From: Tubulanus polymorphus | Lineage: Eukaryota > Animalia > Nemertea | Reading direction: 5' to 3' | NCBI RefSeq assembly: GCF_964204645.1 | Contig: NC_134035.1 | Coordinates: forward strand, 868,001 to 932,000 | Length of the DNA: 64,000 bases | In this document: one piece after another, positions 23,542-37,539 of the stretch | Numbering within the stretch: the first letter of the stretch is position 1 | Layout: each line of letters opens with the position of its first letter | The notes under the pieces: generated by a model | What the model was told of the DNA's origin: nothing | The model's input: only the letters and a program-made list of their open reading frames with translations | Database searches by the model: none | Made by a program: the position numbers and the translations under genes

Positions 23542-25730
23542 TATATCATCACAATACAGACACAGTGTTTCATCAATGGTGGTTAGTTAGTTTGGACTTT
23601 AATCTTTCCTCAAATTAGTGTGGGTTTCTGTATATGTATCGTCACAACATGGACGTAGTGTTTCATCAGTGGTTTGTTAGTTCTAGTGACGTCTGCCCGA
23701 ATCGCGAGCAGACACGTTTTGATATCGCACACTTTCACCGGCCCATATTTACACTCGGCGCTCATCTTTCGGCAAACGGTGCCGAATAGTACTTACCCTC
23801 TCCTCAACCGACCCTCCGTCCGCGTGAAACCGATCATCGAAATTTTATCGAAACGATTTTCAATTCACTCATCGACGATGACGACGACGATGAGAGAAAG
23901 GATGCCGTCCATTATAGAATCGAAGAGATGATAGCGGTTGACAGCACGCGCGTACACGACGGTTTCATCCACTTGAAGAAAACTTTTATCGTTTCTTTCG
24001 AGATTGTCATCGACCGGCGCTTAAAATGCAGCAGGTTTTATGTACACGGATTAATCTTTAATAATATCATTAACTCGCGTGAAGGTGGCAATAATTTCCA
24101 CGAGGTGTGTTTTGTTTGCTATGCGTTTATCTCACCGCTGAATTTCGCTGTTAAGATATCGTATTTTGTTTTGAGCGAGATTCGTTTTTTTTTTTGTCTT
24201 ACGATATTATAAGTGGATGAAATTTCATCTTACTTCGGCAGGGATTCAAAAGTGCACTCCTATCCACAGTAAGAACCCTTCCACTCAACAATATCTTCAT
24301 AACTATATCAACTTTTATCGCACAACTATATTTGTAATTCGATTTTTTTCGATTTCTAAATCATACCCCCTGTTTCGCTCCCGGCAGGTGTGGTGGGTGT
24401 GTAAAGGATACCAAATCAAAACGAATCGAACAAAATCTACTAGTTAAATAAATAACGGGTCAATCCCTATTCTAAGATTAAAAAAAAGAACCATTCCACA
24501 GTAGACCAATCATCAGGTATGAATCCCTGGGAGAATATGATTTAAATTGAGGTTAAATTCAAGGAGTTGACGCATTGAGTTAGGAAATGAGTTTTATTTG
24601 AGATGCGTGGAACTCGATGTTTGTTCTTGCTGTGCCGCAGTTTCTACCAGGGACAATTGGTAGTTATTCAACACATTCACCAACTTTTGAGCAACTGGGC
24701 CCTGGCGTTCGAAATCAACTTCGAAAAAAATCAATTTTTATTAAGATGAGCCTAAAAAGTGTTAGAAGCGGTCACGTCATCTGGGATGGAAGACCCCTAA
24801 TACACAAAGTAAGAAGCACAATCATTCCAATCATCGAAACATAACAACAACTAAATCTGCATTCTGCGACATCTCCACTATTTCCACCTGATTTAACGCG
24901 ATCACCGCTGTGATTGTTGGAAACCGAAGAAAAGCCATCGATCGCCGAGCGCCCGTATATTCACGATATCGCCGTCGAGGTCAATGGGTCAATAATAATA
25001 ATGATTCTACGATCCGCGCGCTTGCGTTTTCCTTTCTCGTCCGAATCGGGCGAATTTTCGAAAGAACCGAACCGTATCGCCGGTCTCTGTGAAAAAAATC
25101 AGATACCGCCATCGTCGTCGTCGTGTATCGGAATTTTGTTCGTGTGTCATTTTTCGACGCGTTTTAATATGCGGCCGAGCGTCGCGCAATGATTTCCTAT
25201 GAAAGGTTGTTCGCAAACAAGAGACACTGTTACGAGACGCGAAGTGTCGCAAATTTAGCCGCTCGATAGTTTCACTAATGCGATATTGAAAAATGTTCAT
25301 TTATTCCACCGACGAACGAACGCGCCCGGGTCTCTCGTAGCGTGCGCGCATGCCGGCGCAAAAGGTGATCGTTTTTGCGCGAGTCGCCGTGGCGGCGTTC
25401 TCGGGCGAAATAAAAAAAAAACTACAACACGGTTAACTGAACATCGGAGTCGATGGATTTATTCTTAAGGTAGTTTGACAAGCAATATCGCCGAAGAAAC
25501 AAATTATCAACGGCGCATCGCCGAGATAACTAGATATTATCCAAGAGAGAATCTCGCGGAGAAGTTCGATGATGATAATAGCGAGCGAATAATGACGTCT
25601 GCTGCGGGAACGGCCGAATCATCGTTTCTGCTCGTTCGAGTGTCGTCATCGTCGTTTTCATCGTTATCAGTGAAATACGATTTCATCGTCATTAACTATA
25701 AGTCTAGTTTAATATAAACTAGCGTGTTAA

Positions 25731-25905
25731 GGCTTGAATAATTTACCTGGTCAGCCGCCTATCTACCCTGTACATTACTTGATCAAGCTATAACAGACTA
25801 TAAAAATGATTACAGAAATAGACTATAGAAATGATTACCAAATTTTATTGCAATTTACAAAATGCCCGGCTGATTAGGAGAGAAGCGAGGTATCTTTTTT
25901 AAAGG
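25731..25905 (+). mobile_element. Interspersed element family H (possibly Kolobok-like), degraded
   Basis: GCCGCCTATCTACCCTRTACATTACTT shared with 63938-63966; TTAA|GGC start; right end GAGGTATCTTTTTT complements the left end of the 63877 copy. Confidence 0.6.
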
Positions 25906-25909
25906 GTAC

Positions 25910-26156
25910 TTAGGGTGACTAATTGTCACTCAAAAGTACTGGAGATAATTTGAAGATTTCGAAAAATTTTATCTGGTACCCTGTATCATGAGCATACCAA
26001 ACGCTGCGGTGCAATGTGTCGTTAGTTTCTTATATTTCGGCATGTTTGACAGGTGCTGCCATTTTTCAAGAGGTATCCATGATGCAGTGTTCTAGCTAAG
26101 ATCATCAATTCATACATTGCACTGCACCGCACCCGGGTGTAGATGCACTGAAAGGG
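25910..26156 (+). mobile_element. piggyBac-type MITE family B
   Basis: ATGTTTGACAGGTGCTGCCAT core; ends GCACTGAAAGGG|TTAA. Confidence 0.85.
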
Positions 26157-27277
26157 TTAATTTCGACTTAGAGTTCAAACAAATTCATATCATACATTTT
26201 TAAAGTGGACCATTGAAAACCTCCTCTCAACTCGAGCACCTTCAATTATCATTCTTATTTTCTCTGCATCAATTTCGACTTCATTCTGAAAAGTTTCCGA
26301 TTATTCCTCGAACTTAAGCGATTGCGAAAGGCATTCGTTCATTTCATTCTCAAAATTGAATTTCAGGCGTCGATGAAAATCGTAAAATACCCGTCCGTCG
26401 ATCGCGACGACGTTGATAATGGTTTTTTTTTCAATCGTTTAGTGTTCGTCGCCGCATCAGGAATTCTTGTATCGTTCGTTTCCACGCGGCGTCCGTCTGC
26501 TGATTGTAATAACTGCGCGCGATGATGACCAGGAAATAACCAGTTGAGTTTTAATAGTTTCTACTGGTCGTCTCGTAGGGACCGTCTACGCCAATACAGC
26601 TACTGCTGTCTTTCTTTTTGAATCAATTTGCGCCAAGTCGCATTCACAAATCGTAGCCTGCTGAAGGTGCAATCTCGCACCTGTAGCTCTGCCCAGGACG
26701 TGGAAATTTTGACAAATTCAATGAAAAAAGTTGATATTACTGTAAAAAGTAGGGGGAAAATGCGTTAAAAAAGTGAAAAATGATTATGCGGAAAAATATG
26801 AAAATTCTTCTAATATACACCAATCCTGTCCCTGATGTAGTCTTTTTAGAAAGAAACTTGAGCGCATACTCGTAGGTAGTGCATAGGGATTCAAAATAAT
26901 GTTGATTGTCTTTAGGCGGCATCTTGAGATTCAGACATTCTGGAGTATCTCAAATTGACTTAGCCCAATTGTACAACAATGTAAATTGAAGGCGTCTTCT
27001 GTCTTGTTCTTTCTTTGTCTTTGCTCTTGTTTTGTTCATTGCTTTATTTGATTACCACACGTAAACTTCACTTTCAACTATTTGTTATTTACATCGGAAA
27101 GTTGATTGCTTAAATTGTGTTTCGCGTGAAGGTCTTGAAAATTTGAGATTCTGCGGTATCGTAGGAAGTTTGTTAAGATTTGTGTCAATGATTGGCTTCT
27201 ATGGTTGTGAATTGAAATAAGTCTTTTAAAAGTAGAAATTATTGAGAACATACCAAGTTTGCCTGTTAAGAGATTAA

Positions 27278-27537
27278 ACCTGTTTAGTGGTGTCTAATTG
27301 ACACCTGAAAGTGCTGGAGATGATTTGAAATTCCACCCCAGTGTATTAAATAACTGGCATACTGCTTTAGTTTGTCTACATCACAGTGCGGTGTATCGTT
27401 AGTTACTTATATTTAACTATGTTTGACAGGTGCTGCCATCTTTCAATAGAGATAAAAACTAATTACTATCAGAATCAATGCACCGCAGTGCAATGTACTA
27501 GCACAGCCCATCTGATTTATACACCGCACTGAAAGGG
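27278..27537 (+). mobile_element. piggyBac-type MITE family B
   Basis: TTAA at 27274, family core, ends GCACTGAAAGGG. Confidence 0.85.
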
Positions 27538-29414
27538 TTTTAAGTTGAATCAATCGAAACTCCAGAGAATTAGTTCCACAGTAACGATTTGAATTTGAAT
27601 CTCGAATCAAAGCTGGCAAGCGTTCCAAGTCGGGAGACGGTCCCTCACTAGCAATAATCCACTATTCGACTAGGACGCGGCCGCAACCGACGCGGAGAGA
27701 AATACAGTTCGCGAGATTACATTGTTTGTCGAGAGAAAATCAAGCAAAAATGTTATATATCCATTCGGATTCGACGAGATGAGATTGGACAACTTTATTA
27801 TAAGAATTTTCAAAAGATACGTGTGTACACCGAGCGCTGTCTTCGGTCTTTTGTAATTCAATATCGTCGACGACGACTGCGGACGAGAACGGTGGCTAAA
27901 CACACACCGAAAATCATATTATTAAACTATCGCCGAGATGTTCAAACGTACTTGTTATTGCTATTGAGTTTATTCAGTCTTCTTACCCGAAACCTAACTC
28001 TCATCTTCCGCGTAGATCATCAACCTTTTATATCGCGCCGGTGAGACGCCGGTGAAGCGATCGCCAACTTCTCTTGAAGTTAATCTAGTTCGTTTGAACG
28101 CCGGTATTCTTTTTTCGTTACGAAAAACACGGTTTAAAGATATCTCTAATTCGCTATTTTTTGACTCGATGAAGTATGGCTCGATATTTTTGCATTTTCA
28201 AGAAATGATGAAAACTTGAAAATTTTAAAAACAAATTATATGTATTTTAAATTATTTACATCTCTCAAATAATTTGCATGAGCAATCCTTCGATTACCTT
28301 GCTCCTTGTCTTTATTAGCAATGGGATTTCCCCTCTCAAATTTATCTCTGGACCCTGAATCACAGGCTGATTTGTTAGATTTACAAAAAAACTCTCTGAC
28401 TATGAAAAAATCTTATTGTTTTATCATTCGTATCTTTTAGATTGGTAACTTTTCTACTGACAAGCTCAAGACAAAGATGGCCTGCTCGTAAAGCCGACCT
28501 CTGCATTATAGGAATGTTGAAAGGTGAGTGCTCGTTTGTCAGCTTTGTCCTTATCGTCAATTACCTCATCAGCAAGAACAAACAGACGACAATGAGAACG
28601 TGATTACGTAATCCTAGAAAAAAGACACATAAACGAGCCGATAAAAAACATGGATAATTTGTCGCCAAAATCTATATAGTATGGACCGGCAATAACCGGG
28701 TTGAGGGGGAACACAAATTCACTTATTGTGAAACTTTATGAGGTGGCATACGTTCAGCGACGGTGGTTAATAGTAATTATTGTTGGCAGCGTTAATCTCG
28801 TGAAAACCCCATCTCGATACGGTATACGCGGTGACAACTCGAACCACCCGACGACAGTACGTCCTTCGTTTGACGTCGACGAAACCGAGACCCACGAAAT
28901 AAAGCCCCGTTTTATAATGCATCATTCGAGCCGGTTATATCGCATTATGACGCTCGCAATCGGTGAAAAATCACCCGCGGCGACGGCTTATGTGTCCGAT
29001 TATGGGATAGCGTAACGACGCCGACGGCTCGACGCGTCTTGCAGCAATTCGGTAAGCTTGCATTGTCGTCATTCGATAGGCTTTCAACTCGTAATTAACG
29101 GCCGTTATTTTTTTGCTAATTGTCACTCGAATTTTGTCGTTATTACATTTATTCTCGTCGGTCGACAACGATGATGATGACGATGACGTCCTTGTCGATA
29201 TCGTGTATAGATTGATTTCGTTTCGGCCATTTTTTCCGAAATTGTCGTCGGCGCTATAGACGTGTGTCACTTGACCAACTGTTGACTGCCCTTATCCGAG
29301 CATCAGGTCATTAATTTTGCATGATTCTCTAAGACAAGCTACTGCTTATCTTTTGTCTGCTCATGTTTGATATATCAGTGCTTTCTCTGATGATAACTGG
29401 CAAATCATGTTAGA

Positions 29415-29623
29415 CAAGGGCAGATTTAGGGGTCGACCACTTCGATTGGTTCACCCTCTTCAAAATTTGAATTTGCCGAATTTTTTGCAAAGATAATTCT
29501 TCAAGAGACTAAGAATCCCAATCCATATGGGCCTCAATAAGGGCCAGGAAAGCTTTTTTAGTCCTAAATTTTCCGTGGGTCCATAACTTGTTTGCAGCCC
29601 TCGTAATGCCAAATCTGCCCTTT
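29415..29623. mobile_element. MITE with AAGGGCAGATTT TIRs (hAT-like)
   Basis: AAGGGCAGATTTAG / CCAAATCTGCCCTT inverted ends; no TSD recognisable. Confidence 0.6.
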
Positions 29624-31905
29624 ACAATTCTAATTATCGGATCCATACCCTTCAAAGCACCTTAGCTTCGCTCTTGTCAGTTAAATTCCTGGATAGTTCC
29701 AATGAATATGCTTGGTCGTCCAAACAAGATGAAATTTCAAGTGATTCATGTCAAATTGAACGCGTAGATACAAAATTCGAAAAAAATCATTTGTAAAAAT
29801 TAGTAATAATTCGTAGGGTATCAACAACAGCAGGATAGAAAACACGAGAGAGATTGATGCGATGTATTTGCCTAATGATAATAGCTCGTGGCCACATTGT
29901 GCCGATAATTAACCCCGAAAAGTGGCTTTTAGACGCGACGGATTGAGAGATAAGATACATCGCGCTGTCAATTGCGTACATCAGTCCGTTTACCGCGGTG
30001 AATGGTTCGTTGATTGCCGTCTACGCCGCATTGTAACGCTTTCCCATTATTTTGCGTCATTTATTATATTGTCTTTATGAATTAGCTCGTACGTCTTGTT
30101 GCCACCGGGGTGCGATAAATATTCGCGCGGACAATATTGCTGTCAGACGTCGGCGCGCTAAACCGTTTTCGAATATCCACTATCGCGATTTACTGCGCGC
30201 ACGGCGATGCCGCGTATGAGCCATGCTCGGTGACCTGACCTATGATGTTCGCGGTCGTAAATTTTCCGACGCCGGCTGTTCTGACGACTCGGGGAACGCG
30301 GAGAACGGCACGCCGTGTCTTATATCATTCCGTCGTCGTCGTTGTCGATGGTTTCAGATTCGTTGTATTGTTGTCGTTGCTCTATCCGTCGAATAACTGA
30401 CTCATTTTCTGTCATCGACAGATATTTGTTATGCGTCGAACTGAACCAAATTACCCGCTATTATAGAATTTGAATTATTACAATCGGCGACAGCAGTTGT
30501 AGAATTGTACGAGGAGGGAGTGTGAATCTGATAGCGGCGTATCGCGCGGTTCAGAACGATTCTATTTTTTGTTGGTGAATCTATGAGGTTTTCTCGTAAT
30601 TTTTCCCAAGTTAAAAACTCCTATCGAAAAGCATCGAGCGACTTGAATGTTGAGCCAGGGTCAGAGTTATCTGGTAGAAATACAACTGAAGATAATTATG
30701 TACATTGTGTCAAAATATGGAATTTGAGTCTTCATCTAAATCTAAGGCTTGTCCCAGACTTAGATTTAAGACAATTCATTTCTATTCTATTGCCAATCTA
30801 ATCAAGGTTAATCATAAGATTTGTGACTATTTTGGGTACGAGGTTGGCCCTGGACCTATTACTGTATTGTAAGGTTTGGATGTTTCAGTACTTGAAATAG
30901 ATGAATTCAACAGAGTGATTCAGATAATGACTGGTTAGTTCAATCTGTGTATGACATTCCTATGCTAAGAGATTCCAGCCCCAACTTGTAGCAGACAAAA
31001 GCGTTAACGAACGCGTTATTTCATCCCGGTCGGCGGCGTTACTGTTGCGATTATTGCATTATTGCTTTCTTATTCTTCATTCTTGTGTCGTCGTCGTCGC
31101 TTTACGTAATAAAAAAAACTTTTCAATTAATTAACCCCGGCGCGCAAACTCGACGAGGAGAGTGCCGTTGAAAAACGGTTGCGTTGCGTGTAAACACGTC
31201 GTATGATTAGTACGCGATGTAAAGGGGGACGAATATGTGTCGATGACTACGACTACGAGATGAGTTGATTCTCTACGCGCGGTGACTCAGGCCTTTGTCA
31301 CCGTCCCTGCGGGGTTACGCGTAACGAGCGACCGTCTTCATTGTCGAATGCTATGACTAAAAATTCTGCTGCATTATTTCACTGTAGTGTTTTACAACCT
31401 GTAGGTTTGATTAGCATTGCTGCTGCATTGAAGGTTGCGATGTTGCTGCGTTCCTGAACGTATGACCAGTAGAATATGCATTTTATGGCATTGTTATGGT
31501 ATATTCATGCATACTATCTCGAGTACATGTGTGGTACTGGCTTGATATGTTCAACCTATCTATTGGTTTAGCTCTTGTGGCCAAGATCAAAAGCTGCAAG
31601 GCAACTGTGCTTAAAACACAATAGTAGTGTGACCATTATGTGACCACGGCTATTGAAGGCTTCTTGATGTTCTCCTTTCTGCTTTTTAAAAGCATACTCC
31701 GTAAACCACTTAACCCACTAGATGGCGTGTGACAGTGACAAGGCGTGCTCATTAAATTACGTGCACAGAAAGTAGCTAAGCTTTGCTATTCTACAATCCT
31801 TATTTGACTTATCATTCTCAAGCTTATTATGGGTGAGACTTATTTAATTTCTACCAACTAATTCTTTATTTTCATAGTAAGGATTGTTCATATCTACCAA
31901 ATTGA

Positions 31906-32131
31906 CATCATCATCATCATCACACTGGTTGTGCATCCTCAGTAGCAGTGTATCGTCGCGATGCAATCAGTCCTCCAGCAAACACCAGGTCGCCCTGTCT
32001 AGTGCTGCCACCCTCACCGAAGCCAGATGGCTTTGAGTTATCAGTTGACCTCAGGCTTCTTATGTCAGCTGTCATTTGCTTCAGGAGATTGGAGCAGTGT
32101 CTTCCCAGGTGGGCTAGGTGCTTCGAGACAT
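31906..32131 (-). mobile_element. 5'-truncated 3' end of an RTE-clade LINE
   Basis: Minus strand encodes ..GRHCSNLLKQMTADI.. then, frameshifted, VRVAALDRATW (A-x-DR-xx-W C-terminal motif typical of RTE ORFs), followed by a (GAT)n tail; flanked by AATTGACRTCAYCAT direct repeats. Confidence 0.6.
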
Positions 32132-32495
32132 AATTGACGTCACCATGCTTAACATCATTGATATTGATATCAATACCATTATCACCGGTTTCGTTATCAA
32201 TATCATTGACATCAACATCATTATCATCATTGACGGCATTGAATCAACATTGTTATCTACATCATTTACATCAATATCATTGACATCTACATCATTATCA
32301 TCATTGACAGCAATGATATCAACACCATTGGCATTCAATGACAGCATTGATATCAACATCATTGGCATTTGTTGACATCTACATCGTTATCAGTAATATC
32401 AATGAAATCAACATCATTTACATCTATATCATGGACATCAATATCAGTTATAATCTGCATCATCAACATCATTGTCATCTGCATCATTATCATTG
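32132..32495. repeat. Cryptic (ATC/ATTGAC)-rich low-complexity repeat
   Basis: Recurrent ATCATTGACATCAAC-type words; produces Ile/Met/Asp-rich spurious ORFs. Confidence 0.9.
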
Positions 32496-32516
32496 CCCAT
32501 AACTGTTTATTATCAG

Positions 32517-32554
32517 CACACACACGCACACACACACACACACACATACACACA
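32517..32554. repeat. (CA)n microsatellite
   Basis: Direct reading. Confidence 0.95.
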
Positions 32555-33217
32555 GTCTATTATATGAATATGTATAGCCGATTAATTACCGTTCGGTACG
32601 GGTTTCCGCGCCTATTTTCTTTTCCATTGTCGCGAATAATACCGTTTCTGATTAGTCGAATGACTGAATGAATATAGTCAAACGCGAGCCTAATGTAGTT
32701 TTCTCATCGCGGTCGCCCGACGATGCTGTAATTACTACCTATACGTCTCGTAAAAAGGAACTGCATCGACTGACGGGTGAATGGTTGAAATTACGGGCTT
32801 TTGTCCGCCGGACAATGGACGCCGAGCCGGCCCGGCAATTCGCCGCGAATAGGAAATAGTATAGTTGCAGTGTTACGTCGTTGACGACATGCAATCATCG
32901 ACAACGCGAAAGAACAGTACCTCTTGCAGCGACAAAAAATTGCAGCCATCAACCGCTGATTCGGTGAACTATGTTCATTATGATGATTTACTTCGACATC
33001 AATTGATCCGACTTATAGAGACAGAACTTGAATACGGTAAAAGGTCGCAACCATTGTATAAAGGTTGCCGACAAGGTACGCGTATTGTTCTATAGTCATG
33101 TCAATTAGTTTTATAACCAATCTATCAATTTAAGACCAGTCTTTAAATTCAAGACCACATTTGGACTTTTTTGTCTGAAGTCCCTTTTTATGTGAGAAAT
33201 GTGAAATCACTTTCTTG

Positions 33218-33455
33218 CAGGATGGTCACTTACTTGGAAATCAGGGAAAAGTCAGGAAATTTTCTTCTCTTTAAAAAAGTCTGGAATAGTCGGGGAATTT
33301 TGTTGAGATTGCTAGATCGAACAGTTTCCATCTATGTCTTAGGTGTTTGAATGTGTTAATTGTTTGGATTCTTAGCAGATCAAGTTAGAGAAAACAATGC
33401 GCACGTCAGGGAATAGTTAGGAAAAAAACAAGTCAAATAAATGTGTCTTTTCCTG
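33218..33455 (+). mobile_element. hAT-like MITE family A1
   Basis: CAGGATGGTCACTTACTTGGAAATCAGGG ... AGTCAAATAAATGTG..CCTG. Confidence 0.88.
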
Positions 33456-34414
33456 AGAGTTTTCTGTTAAAGAGACCGCTCTGAAGCGGCTTGAAAATGA
33501 TGCCCATGTTGCTGAGTCAATATTATCCATTCATATTCGGTTCATGATTTTCCTACCTTTAGCACGAAAAAAAAGGCCCCCTCGGGGAACTGGCGTTTTT
33601 GTCACCGATGATATACGTGTAGCGATTGTTGTCGTTGCCGTGTGACGATCGTACGATGAGTGATTGTCACCGTCGACGACGGTTTCGAGTACGACTAAAT
33701 TAACAGGTTCAAGTAGCTCTAAAAGCAACTAGTTAGCGCGTAACGCCGGTTAATTGTAAAACAAGGCTCGACTTACAACGCCCGAGATAGCGCCATCGAT
33801 GGTAGACGAGTCGCTCGGCTAATGGTTCCAATAGGAAGACACGACGTAGAAACTGCCCGCGGGACAGGATGTGGCGTTCCGTCGCGGCAACGCTATTGTA
33901 ATCGCTAACTATAAAATATTGTGACATTTTTCGGCGTGCGCGTCGTCGACGACGACGAGAAAATTCACTTTCGACCGAAGAGTCATTTATTCGATCAAAT
34001 TCACGGATCGGCCGCCGGCTACAACGTATTGTAACCGTGGAATCAGGTGCCGGTGGCGCACGGCTGTTATGCGGTAATGTGAGATTCAATTTGCGTTTGA
34101 AATCCGACTAACTTTGAGAGCGTAGGTTTTTTCTTTCTTCAGTCGCCGAGATCAACTGTTTTCACTTGCTCTACGAGTTGTGGCTGGAAATACGATTCTG
34201 TACGAACCAGTCACTTTCATTCCTTTGCCGCCCGAATGGCTAATGTCTTTCAAGTTTGCTTTAGAGGGTGTCGGGTGGGGCCTAGCTCTGTCCGGTTTAG
34301 TTGTACATACCTGATATAGGTTTTTAAAGGACCAGCACAGATGGGCAGTTGAACTGGAACATTCTTTAAATTGATGTTTTAGTTCAACAGCCCGTCTGAG
34401 TCTTTTTGTTGATT

Positions 34415-34512
34415 ACTTATGAATGTGAACATTTTCTTTCATATTTCAATGAAGTTTAACTGAAAAAATTGAATTTGTTACTATTAGCACTTTTCAGAGG
34501 TTGGTAGCCCTG
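34415..34512 (+). mobile_element. Family F right-end fragment
   Basis: TTTCATATTTCAATGAA...TAGCACTTT..CAGAGGTTGGTAGCCCTG matches 10136-10212. Confidence 0.8.
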
Positions 34513-37279
34513 AACGAAGCCCAGCGTGCGTGAAATAAACAAAAAACTGAGAGTATTTTCTCGTTTGTTTTGTAACTGAGCCGTCTTCTGAAACAAGAAA
34601 CGTGGTTTCGATCGCTGTATTGACAATAAAGGAATAAGAGATACCTGATTTCATCCTAAACATTTCACCTACAACTGGCTGGGGACACAACAATCGCTTT
34701 CTCCGTTTGTCATCTGCTATCGACGACGATGATCGACACGACTGTTGAAAAACAGATATTCGATTTCATTCCAAAAAAAAAAACGAATTATGAATCAGTC
34801 CTCGATCGACGACGACGATGGCAACGATAAGAGAAACTAACAACGGACTACGACTGATAAATCTTACCGCAGGCAAAATTGAAAAACGCACTCATTCTCT
34901 GTGTGTGTCAGAGAGTGAATTGAAGAAGAGCTTAGTCATCTCTTGAAACAATGTTTTCTACTTCACACAAACGAGATCAAGACATTCTTATCGTCGTGTT
35001 GTGTCGAGTGATTTCAATTACAACCTGGTTAAATTCGCCCGATAATCAATCGTTCGTTCATTCATTTGCAGCTTGAGATAAAGTTCCATATTTTCCGGGC
35101 AGACAGAGGAGACCAGGATGTACTTCCATACATCCTTTGATATAGCATTGATTAATGCGACTCCGACATCTCAGATTTTTCCAGAAATCATGGGGACATG
35201 CCGTACCTAAATTTCCAAAATTTGCCAGAGTAGAGATCCTCGCTTGATAAGCCTGTTTCCTATTGGATTGTATGATAGAATTATTAGTGAAGGGTAACAA
35301 GAGGTAATGAAGTGTATAATCGACCTGAAAAGGCTGGTTTTTGATAGGGTTTTGTTATGCTGTAGACCTAGAAATTGGTGCATCAGTTGGGGGCGGGGGG
35401 GGGGGGGTAATAAGAAAGAGACCCTTAAAGTTTATGGCGTGAAGAGAGATAACGAAATTCATGTGAATTCACGAAAATTCTCCACCGAAAAGCATTTCAT
35501 TTACGATCGTCTAACGCACACGGCGGATAGTCCAGTTTATGTCAGGGGCATAAAACCGACTGAACTCGTCGGCAAAAATGATGCCTGATATTGAAATATT
35601 GTCGGAGATAACGGTTTATTGTAGGCGGGTATCTCGCGATGATTGTTTAATTTTTGTTGCCCAGCGAGGGAGAGAGATGATATTACAACGGCGCGGCCGC
35701 GTTGTTGCGGAATTTTACTACGCCGCGTCCGTTTGTATAACCGAGCAAATTACCGCCCGACCTGACCGACGTTCGAGCACAATACAACCACCAGGGGCGC
35801 AATTAAAACGTGATGTAGTCTTTGAACTGCGTGTATGCGTTCCCTCGAACACAAAACGCCCGTCGTCGTCGTCGTCGAATGGATTGTTTTGAAAACGTCA
35901 TAGACATAAAAACGTAATAAAGCGTCTTCGTGCAATTGGCAGTTTCTGTGGTATTCTTTAATAGCTGCGTTTCTGACTCTTCTATATATCGGATCCAAGG
36001 CAGTGCTGCCCCCCAAATGTTCATGATTTTCTGTATCGAGGTCGGTGGAAGCAATTCGGGATCGGTACCGGTGGAACGTTTTTCAAAAGGAGATGTGTCC
36101 ATCACCAGCGAGCCCAAAAAAAAATTGAAATTACAAGCTCATTTTGCCGGTATTTAGATTATACAATTCCGATGATGTTGAGTGAGAATTTCTTATTTGC
36201 GTGGAAATTAGAATGAAGAATTTGGGTTGAACTGATTTGGGAAATTATTGGTCCTCGGACCTGTTCCGTTGGCCCTGAATATTTGTAACTCGGGCCAATA
36301 AGAAAAATTTTATTTGAGCAGAAATGAGACGTGTGTAGCTGAGGGTCCAGCCCCTCTTGTTTACTGAACTTCAACTCATTCTCCGTGATTATTTTTGCAG
36401 GTTGACAATCTGATTATGATTATTAATATGCACTTCATCAAATAAGTACTCAGCTAGGTTATTGCGGGGTTTTACGTTCATGGGTTCGTTCTCGTTATGA
36501 GATGTTTGACCTCATCATTGTCAGGGCGCTGTTGACTGCGTAAGAATGCCACTTGTGACTGAATGCCTACGCAGAAGAAAGATTTGATGACTAATCTGTA
36601 AAACGTTTACGCTTCACATAACGTGACATTAACATTGAGCCGTATGCTGCTTGTGACGTGGCGCGAGCCGTTAGACAGTGAGTCTATTGTGATGTGAATC
36701 GATGACCTGCTCCGACCTACCCGCTCGGTTCACCCTGTAATTACAGCTCTACAGCAAAACACAATCATCATCATTATTATAAACTACTGTAAAGATTACG
36801 AATCCTTCCTCTATGGTATTTGTTTATGATCGTTTTGTTTTCCCCGAGAGGGAAAAATTGTATGATTTTCGTAATAAACGACGACGATGCCTACGCAAAA
36901 CTACGCGCAGGGGGTTCATTACCCTGTAGGCTTAACCCTGTACGCAGGATGAAACCATCCTACTGCCCACATTACTGAGTTGTGAACAGTACATCCATCA
37001 TTGGTTTCAAGCGAAAGTATTCATTTTACTTGAATTCAGCTTGTGGACGGCGTCAACTTAATCTTTTGATTATGAAGCCTTGTGGCTATGGTTGTTCCTA
37101 GGGGTATGGATGGATAGGCAAGAGTAACAATGATGGGGACCCCTCGTTCCGTGGTAGCCTGCTACTAAATCTAAATAAAAAATCTATATTGGTGTTTCAT
37201 TGATTGAGTTCTGATTGAAAGATCTTAGAATTGCCTTTATTTGGCTTTTATGCTAAGTCTTGTGGGTTAAGCCTCATAT

Positions 37280-37539
37280 TAGGGTGGCCACTGACCTGGA
37301 ATTCTCAGGGGATCAGTGAAGTTTAGAAAAACTCGGGGAATTTGAAAGATTTCACAAGAAACCTGAAAAATTCCAGGGAATGTTGATGTTATTGACCATG
37401 AGTTTCTTTATCACTTCGTGAGTAATAAAAAATGAATAAATTGTAATATTCTAAAACGGAGAGATTTACTCGGGAAATTTTGTGTTACAACTCGGAAAAA
37501 TCAGGGAATTTGTGTATGGTGGGGAAAGTGGTCGCCCTG
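37280..37539 (+). mobile_element. hAT-like MITE subfamily A2
   Basis: TAGGGTGGCCACTGACCTGG ... AAAGTGGTCGCCCTG. Confidence 0.87.

Noticed and set aside
32114-32671. Ile/Met/Asp-rich ORFs on both strands
   Set aside because: They are products of the ATC-rich low-complexity repeat and (CA)n.
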